A stretch of DNA of 64,000 nt from Octopus sinensis (lineage: Eukaryota), in NCBI RefSeq assembly GCF_006345805.1, contig NC_042998.1, forward strand, positions 139,252,001-139,316,000, given 5' to 3'. Numbering within the stretch: position 1 is the stretch's first letter; the number at the start of each line of letters is the position of its first letter. The translations under genes and the position numbers were made by a program. Shown here in pieces: positions 24,444-34,485 of the stretch. Below the pieces are notes generated by a model. It saw only the letters and a list, made by a program, of their open reading frames with translations. It searched no databases and had not been told where the DNA came from.

Positions 24444-27400
24444 CTGTGTCTGTATGACATCATGTCTGTTTGTTCCCCAGCCCGTTTGACAACACTGGTG
24501 TTGGTGAATTTACATCCCCGTAACTTAGTGGTTCAGCAAAAGAGACCAATAGAATAAATACCACAGTTAACAAAAAGTACTGGGGTTGATTAATTTGACT
24601 AAAATTTTTCCAAGGCAGTGCCTCAGCATGTCCACAGCCTGAAACAAGTAAAAGATGAAAAGAAATATGTGTGTCCAGATACAAACATACATATATACAT
24701 GAAAGGCTTCCATTTACCAAATTCACTCACAAGGCACTGGGCTAGACACTTGCCCAAGGTGCTGTGCAGTGGAACTGAACCCAAAACCACATGGTTACAA
24801 AGTCAACTTAACCATGCAGCTATGCCTAAAAGAATAAAATGATTTCATATTTTAACGCTTTAGAATATATTTAAATTTTAATATGGCATATATACCATCT
24901 ATGGGACCTTAATATATGGTTTAAAAGCTTCATTGAAGGTTATTAAAACAGGATGTTGAAACTAAGATGAAAATAATCTTAGAAAATAATTGCCATATGT
25001 TCAAATTCGGCAAAAACTGCAGGAAATTGGTAAAATGAATAGAAATATTTCCCCCATGGCTAGACATGTTTTTGCAGAGAAGTGGAAATGAAGGACACCA
25101 CATGCATGACAATGAAGCTTGCTTACTTGGTGACCTCATTAGTGCCAGCAGCATGAAAAAAATAGCACCAAGTACACTCTGTAAAGTGGTTAGCATTAGG
25201 AAGGGCATCTAATCATAGAAACCAAGCCAGAGCTGACCCTGGAGTTCGACACAGTCCTGTGGTTCATCAAATCTGCTCAAACTATTCATCCCATACCGGC
25301 AAGAAAAACATTAAATGATGATGATGATGTTGATTACCATTATTATTATAAAGGTGATGAGTATTTTATCATTATTATTATTATTACTAGTTAGAGCGTC
25401 AAGGTTGTGAGTTCCAATCCCAGACCGGGCTGCATGTTGTGTTCTTGAGCAAGACACTATTTCACGTTGCTCCAGTTCACTCAGCTGTAGAAATTAGTTG
25501 CGACATCACAAGTGCCAAGCTATATCGGCCTTAGCCTTTCCCTTGGATAACACTGGTGGCATGGAGGTGGGGGATGCATGGGTGACTACTGGTTTTCCAT
25601 AAATAACCTTACCTGGACTTGTGCCTTGGAGGGTAACTTTCTAGGTGCAATCCCATGGTCAGTCATGACCGAAGGGGGTCTCAGCATTACTGGGCAGTGA
25701 GCTGGCAGAATCATTAGCATGCCAGGCAAAATACCAAGCAGCATTTCACCCATCTTTATGCTCTGAGTTCAAATTCTGCTGAGGTCAACTTCACCTTTCA
25801 TCCTTTCAGGGTCAATAAAATAAGTATCAGTCAAGTACTGGGAAGTGTCTTCTATTATAGCCCTTCCACCAAAATTGCTGGCCTTGTGCCAAAATTTGAA
25901 ACCATTATTATTGTTATTATTATACTAATGCAGTTACAATACATCTTAAGACATATAGTATACAATGCTGGAAAAATCACAGATCAGATAGCTAACACTG
26001 GTCAGAACTAACTTGAGACTCTTTCAATAAGCAAGTTTATGGGAATTCGAACAAAGTGCAAGCTTTTGAGAATAACTGAAAGAAAACAGCAATCTCAATA
26101 ATATAAAGAAACAAATGTCACCAAATTTTGTTCTGCTTTATTTTTAAGATTAGTACTGAGGTCATTCAGAAACCCAAAGTCTCATGAGACTGAAGCTTGG
26201 CCAAGTTTTCATGACATATAGGTGATGGAGAATGTAACACTCTTCTCTGGATGGGACATTGATCCATCACAAGGTTAGCTCACCAGCTGTTGGCAGAACT
26301 AATTTTTTTTATAAATGAGTGGACTGGAGCAATATGAAATGAAGTGTTTTGCTCAAAAACAGAAGGTGCCACCTACTCCAGGAATCAAAACTATAATCTT
26401 ATGATTAATGGCCATGTGGTTTACAAGTTCACTTTCAAAACATTTGGTTTCAGGTTCAGTCCCACTGCACAGCACCTTGAGGTAGTGTCTTCTACTATTG
26501 CCAAAGTTTGACCAAAGTCTTGATAGTGAATTCGGTAGACAGAAATAATGTGGAAGTCTACCCTGTGTATGCATGCATGTGTGTGTGTGTGTGTGTGTGT
26601 GTGAGACTCACTGTCCCAACCACCACCACAGCTTGACAACAGGTATTGGTTTGTTTATCTCCTTGTAACTTAGCAGTTCAGCAAAAAGAGCTGACAGAAT
26701 AAACACCAGGTTTTAAAAGAAGTACTAGCGTTGATTTGTTTGACTAAATCCTTCAAGGTGGTGCTTCTATATGGTCATGGTCCAATAACTGAAACAAGTA
26801 AAAGATGAGTGCAACACCCTAACACTAAGCCACATACTTTCACTTTTTAAGATTAAAAATGAAAACAAAACCTACTAACCTAAAGACATTTGGGCCAAAA
26901 ACAATGGCAAGGACCATAGGCCCCATTTTATTTTCTTCTTCATGCTGTGATACATCTACTAAGAAGTTCAACAGATATTTCAGCAGATCATAATGTTCCT
27001 CAGGTAACTCATTGAATTCCTCCCGGACTTTAGCAACATAGTCTTCTGGATTGGAGTTTAGACCTGGAATGGTTAATGGTAAGGAAACAATTATTTTTAT
27101 CACCAACATTATCAAACATTTAAAACTGACAAATTTTAATATACACATGGAAATAACTGAGGAATTTTTGGGGGAATAGTGAATTTCAAAAGAAAATGAA
27201 GTTATAAATAATAGCATTTAACTAATGGGTTGAAAAAGACGTTTTACGAAAAATAAAATAGAAGGCTATCCATGGGACTTGAACTCACATCTGTCGATGG
27301 GTTAAATAAATCATAAGGTTAAATTTAACTCATCTGTAGGGTTAAATAGATCTGGTCATCTGATTTCTCCAGCCTCTCAGTAACAGGCCACATTAAATTT

Positions 27401-30400
27401 TTTATATATATATACATATATATATATATAATATATATATATATGAGGGGTGCTGAAAAGTTCTTGGCTTTGAGTAGAAGAAAATACAGGAGGATCAGTT
27501 AATTATACCTTCAGTTTTTCTAAGCCCTGTAAAAGAACTCGGAAGGTTGGGCATCCAGCCAGGCCTTTACAATACACTTAAAGCCAGGAACTTTTCAGCA
27601 CCCTCTCATACACACATACACACACACACACATATATAAACAAGTAGTGAAATTACTATAGGTTTTACATAACATAAACAATATCATATAATCAATGTTA
27701 CATAATCACTGTTCATATTCATGCTTTTCAACTTGCTAAATGATTTATCTAACCCATATGATGTTGAAACAGCTGTAACCAAGAAACATGTAATACCAGT
27801 ACCACCTTTCTTATATTTGTTATTTTATACTGTGTAATTTAAGGAATTTTTTTTAGAAAGTACCGAGCAAGATGAGAAGCCACTTAGTGTAAGGGAGTCA
27901 TCATCATCATCAGAATGAAGGAGAAATTAAGATGAAAGGAATGAATTTACTTTAGACTTGAAAGAGCTCAAGTCACAAGAAGAGGGAAAACAATGAAATG
28001 GAAGAAAATTCCAAAATCTGGTAGTTCAAGGAAAGGAAAACACTGAGATGGAAGAGAGTTTCAAAGTCTTGCAATTTGAGGAACTTACAAGCTTTTCAGT
28101 TTTCACAAAACATGCTTCGACTGAAGTATTGTTCCTTCCTATACATTCTGCTCTTCAGTATTCAGAGGGGTACTGAGTGAGATAACGACAGGATTCCCAG
28201 GTCCCCTTTCGTTTGACACACACACACACACACACACACACCACACACACACACACACTGTTTGAAATAGATTTGTTTGTATTTGAAATATTAATTGTAT
28301 TTGAAATATTAATTATATTGAAAATTCTTTTAAAACAAACAGCAAATTAACACAGACTTAATGTAAGAGGGTTTTGTGTAAACACTTGCAGTGTCTTCAG
28401 CTTTTCAAATACACATGGTAATCTGTATTATGAATTATACAAGATTACAACGTATGTTTGAAAAGCTGAAGAAAGCAAATGTGCTTACACAAAAACTCTT
28501 TTCTATATGATCCGGTGTGTATTTAAATTGCTTTTTGTGAAGAAAAGCCTTTTCTTAAATATAATCAATAATTTACAATTTTAAAAAAAATTTTCAGATA
28601 TTGTGACTATACCAAGAAATTTTTTCTGAATTTTTAAATACACACACACCCACACACATACACACACACACAGTTAAGATACAAAAAACAGTTAAATTTT
28701 AAATCTTACAAAATAATAATCTCTATCTACTTCTCTTTTTTTTCCCCCTTCTCCAGTCACATTGATACAGACGAGTTAGTTTCATAACTAATTCTGCTCT
28801 ATTTTTCATTTTTCCATACCATGAAAATGCACAAATCTGATATGTCTGCTGTCCACCAGTTCTTTGTAGAATTAATTAATGTGAAGATTCACAAAAAGGC
28901 TGCACTAATTATTATGTTAAAGTTAAATTCAGTAAGATTTAATAAAATTTTACTAATCATTTAACCCTTTTGATACAGGCAGTCTGAGACCGTACCTGGT
29001 TCTCTTGTGCACACTCCCAGTTTTCAAGTGATCTAAGACCTCCCATCAAGATTTAATGTTAGTTTATGTTCCAAACACCAGCATAATAATTACAAAATTA
29101 TTTTACTAAATTTTTCCTTATTTCTATAATTAACCAAAACAAAGGCAGCATATTTAAACAGAAACATGGCAACAAAAGGGTTAAATCAATCCATAGCATT
29201 TGAAAGAAATGATGTAGCCTGGGACTGTGGAAACTTGTCTGAGGGGCAGTACCAGTGATTCAAACATCCACCCATGTCAAAATGTGTCATTGATTCTCCC
29301 TGAAGAATATGATGTCATAGTATCTATGGCATCTAGCTATACTCAAGAAGACTAGTCCTCCACAGCAGGTACGTTAAGACCACACCCTCTGGGGAAGAGG
29401 ATTGGCCTGCAAGAATCTTGTGCCAGTCCCACGTAAAAAGCACACATGTCAGTGTCACATAAAAACACTTGTGCCAGTGGCACATTAAAAGCACCCAGCA
29501 CACACTGTAAAGTGATTGACATTTGGAAGGGCATCCAGCAGTAGAAACCTAGCCAAATCAGACTGGAACCTGGTGCAGCTCTCCAGCTTGCCAGCTCTAG
29601 TCAAACCATCCTACCCATACAAGCATGGAAAACAGACATTAAGGGATGATGGTGATATAAGTATATGTGCTTGAGAAGACCTGTCGACCACAACAGAATT
29701 GATAACTTAAACTACCTTGGTAAATGCTTGTATGTGTCCTACCACCTCATTCCCTAACACTCATCACTTCTATACCTCTGGTATTATTCAGTTAACATAA
29801 TCTCCTGAGAGCAGGATATGCACATACCACATCTCCCTTTCATTACCTTCATATTTCCTCCCCAACCCCAGAACCATTTCTATTCCCCATTATCTTCCTA
29901 GTCATATACACACACACACACATATATATATAAATATATATATATATAAATACGTGCACACACATACACACAGGTGAGTGGACAAAAAGAGGTACTTATC
30001 ACATTAAGTAGGAGTTACAGATATTTAAATACACACATACAGATACATACAAATACACATACATACATAGACATATAAGTAAACACATATTACATACATA
30101 AGCATACACAAACACGTGTGTGTGCACACGTGTGCATACACACACCTGCATTAATATATTTTATAAAAACCAGCATATTAAAGACAAAGCTGTTTTACTT
30201 TATTCTTTATTATTTTCACAATTAACTGAAACAAAATCAGTGTATTCCAACAGCAATATGGTAATGAAAGAGTTGAAGTTTGGCTTTGATACAGGCAGAA
30301 ATTGTTCTTGTAAAGAATAAACTTACTTTCATGTATGTTTACAAATTGTTTTGTCATGTGCTCCGGAATCACAGAATCAGGCAACTCCCGAAGGAACAGC

Positions 30401-33400
30401 TTGAGAAGACCAGCAACAGCCATTACATCCCCATCTTCAGTAAAATCAGCATCTCCCGTCTGATCAAAGGATGTTCGGAGTTTGTCAATGATACGAGTAC
30501 TCCCATTAACTCGGAATATACCCTCTTGATCATAACCTGAAATATATATTTTGTAGTAAATTATTATAGATCAAAACAAATTAAGGTTTTTGATTAGAGT
30601 TACGACAATGATGGTAACGGTGGTGATGGTAAAGGTGTGTGTTTTCAACATGTAAAAGGTTCTTGGAATGTTTGCTGAGATTATGTTATTCCTAGAGAAA
30701 CAAAAATGTATTTCAAAATTATGTGACATAATTAACACTGAAAGTATAGACTTGAACAGAAATAAATGTTAGAGAAATAATGGGGAATGGGAGACATAGC
30801 AAAGCATTATACAAGCTTAGAATATTAACTGAAACTAATTTTTCCCAAAAAAAACTCATCAATCAAGGAAAATTTTATAACAGTCAACAGAATGTAAGGT
30901 TAAAGTCTATGAAAATTCAACAAATATTTCAAGAAAAAAAAGAAAAAACTTTGAGGTAATGAAGAAATTAAAAGCCATACAAGCTTTTAGTAATGATAGA
31001 GAAAAATGTATCAAGAAAAATTAACATCAGTATAGGCACAGGCATAGCTGTATGGTAAAAAGCTTGCTTCCCAACAACATGGTTCCAGGTTCAGTCCCAC
31101 TGCATGACACCTTGGGCAAGTGTCTTCTACTATAGCCTCAAGCCTTGTGAGTGGATTTGGTGGACAGAAACTGAAAGAAGCCCATCATATACGTATATAT
31201 CTATGCATGGGTGTCGGTGTTTGTCTCCCATCACCTCTTGACAACTGGTGTTGGTGCGTTTACATCCCTGTAACTTAGCAGTTCAGCAAAAGAGATCAAT
31301 AGAATAAGTATCAGGCTTTAAAAATTAAAAAAATTTAAGTACTGAGATTGATCCATTTGACTAAAAACTCTTCAAGGAAATGCCCCAGCATGGCCACAGT
31401 CTAATGACTGAAACAAGTAAAAGACATACCTACATTCTCACAGTAGGTTGTCGAAACAAAGAGACACAACCACTTACCCTTTATGTACCAATCACCATCT
31501 TATCTTAATAATGATGTAGTTATTTTACTAAATTCTTTGCTATTTTCAAAATTGGTCACCTCAATCAATCAAACTCCTCCTCACACTGACGCTCCCAATG
31601 CATCTCCTCCACCACCTGATGCCACTTTTCTTTCTTGCTACCCAGAACCCTTTCATTTGTTGAGCCATTATTCATCCATTAATATTGTTGTCTACACCTA
31701 GACATTACACTGGTCATCATCCCTCTCCTCCACTGGACCACAAAATTACCTCTCCTCATCCAACATGCTTCTCTCTCTCCTTTTCCTGCAGCCAACTCAA
31801 ACATATCACCTCTCTCTTATCCTCTCCCTATCATCTTCATCATCATTATTATTACAATCCTGTTACTGTTCTCTTGTTGAATCCCTCAACCTTCCCCAAC
31901 TCATGCGCCACTGGTCAACTCCCATCCCTGCATCCATCATTCTCTGCATCCATCCTTCAACCCTAACTGATTTCTACAAATGTTGAAACAACATACTTTG
32001 AAGGAATTTAAAGGTAACATAACCAAGGGTTGAGTAAAAATATCCATGAACCAGGTACTCCAAATCAGTCAGAAGGACAATGTTACCTACCTATCCTCTC
32101 CCATTTCTTCTATCTCTTGCTTCACCCCTCCATATACTCCTATAAACCCTCATACACACACATTCCTAGCTTTTCTATCCCTACTCACTTCTACACACCT
32201 TGTACCTTGAGCAGCCACCTGGACACTTCATCACCACCATTTATCTCATCATAGTTACAACTGATTCATTTAACTCTCCCCTAAATGTGAATAGCCATGT
32301 AGATCCTCTACAAGAACCTGCTCTGTGCCATCTCCATCTCTCATACCTTAATCTTCATGTCCTAGCATAAAAATACCTCTCCCCACTCCTCAAGTTTCAA
32401 GTCGCATGGCAGTCTCACTAGAAAGTACCCAGTATGAACTTGTAAAGTGGTTGGTGTTACGATGAGCATCCATCCATAGAAACCATGTCAAAGCAGACAC
32501 TAGAGCATGATATAGTCTTTGGACTGGTCAGGTTATGTCAAACCATCCATCCCATGCTAGCATGGAACAGGGACATTAAATGTTGATGATGATTTTTATG
32601 TGTTTATTCTTTTCTTTTCTTTCGGTCATTTGATTGCAGCCATGCTGGAGCATCACCTTAAAATGTTTTAATTGAAGAAATTGACCCCAGGACTTATTCT
32701 TTGTAAGCCTAGTACTTATTCTATCAGTTTTTTTTTTTTTTTTGCTAAACCACTAAGTTATGGGGACACAAACACACCAGCATCAGTTGTCAAGCAATGG
32801 CAGAGGGACAAACACTGATTCACACACATAAATGCACTATATACAATGAGCTTCTTTCAGTTTCTATCTACCAAATCTACACACAAGGCTTTGGTCAGCC
32901 CGAGGCTATAGTAAAAGACACTTGCCCAAGGTACCATGCAGTGGGACTGAACCTGGAACCATGTGGTAGGGAAGCAAGCTTCTTACCACACAGCTACACC
33001 TGTTTATACCTCTACCCTCACTTGACAACTGATATTGGTTTGATTACATCCTGTAACTTAGTAGTACAGCAAAAGAGATTGGCAGAATAAGTTTCAGACC
33101 TTAAAAGAACAAAAAGAAAAAAGAAAAGAAACCTAAGTACTGAAGTCAAACCACTTGACTAAAACCTTTCAAGGCAGTAAGTACTCCAGCATGGCCACAG
33201 CCAAATGACTGAAACAAGTAAAAACTATAAGAGATATCTTAAGAATATTGTTTATCAACTACTTCTTCAAACTTGTTGCTGGGTCATAGATGTCACGAAT
33301 GTTGCAGTTAAAAATAATTCTTACACACATCTGGTAAATTGTCTTTATTTTTACACTTCTTATCAAATATATTTTGCTCAGTTCTAAATCCTTCACAAAA

Positions 33401-34445
33401 TCTCAACCAATCAGTAACAAGCAAGTGACTGCAGTTGTAGTGCTAGTGAAAAATTCAGTGGAAGCTTATTTTCTATAAAAAATATTGGCCTTGTAACTTT
33501 CCTCAAAGGAGAATGGGAAGCAGACGGATCTGCTGGATTTTTTTTCTCTCTTTTTTATTTTAAGCTTGGGTACTTATCTAATCAGTCCTTTTTGCTATGT
33601 TACATGAATGTAAACAAAGTAATACTGGTTGTCAAGTGGTGGTGGGATAAACACACACATACACATGTATGTATGCATACAAAACAGGCTTCTTACACAG
33701 AAAGTGGTCAGCCCAAGGCTATAATAGAGGGCACTTGCCAAAGGTGCTGCCCAGTAGAACTGAACCCCACCAAACCACATGGTTGCAAAACAAGCAGCTT
33801 AACCACAAAGCCATGCCTGCACCTATACATACATACATGAATACATACATATTTACATATATAAAGCAAACCAATGAAGTGAAACTACTAAACTGTTTAC
33901 CTATTATCAAGTAGACTCATATAGGAATAGAATAGTGCTAGTTAATAAACAAGTGCAAACAACAATAATAATAATATGCGAATCAAGATTGTGTCAAAAA
34001 GAAATCAATACAATAGAACCAATAACTAATTTGGTAATAGTCATTCCCTTTTGTTGATTGCCCAGCAAAGAACAATGAGTATGTTTTCAATATAAACCAG
34101 GCTAGCAAACATAGCTGCTACCAGTCTTAATACTAAACTAATAATTGGATTCTCTTAGTAGGGAACCAAGCAAATATATTAGGTTTGGTGAAACCAAGTA
34201 AACAATCACCACAAATTACTTTGATCAAAACGATACTGATCTTTTGTATTCAGCTTTTCTAATTCCGTTCCTAATTCTGTTCCATGTTTGTTATGTGTAT
34301 TTTTGTATGCAGCACATTAAACAGCACATTAATCTATTGAGTGGCCTTGAATTTTTTTTTTTTTTCTTTGACCAACTTCTCCAGCAGATTCTAACAACCC
34401 AAAATCGCTACACACTGCTTCATTTGAAGAGCTGTGTTATTCTTC

Positions 34446-34485
<40 letters not shown>

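Noticed and set aside
26840-27217. ORFs 26840-27217, 30178-30423, 36396-36761 and 1430-1744 as standalone genes
   Set aside because: Each is a FAM13 exon plus intron read-through; splice sites define the real limits.
31483-32254. Cluster of Pro/Ser/His-rich ORFs
   Set aside because: Explained by C-rich compositional bias; no motif and no splice support.
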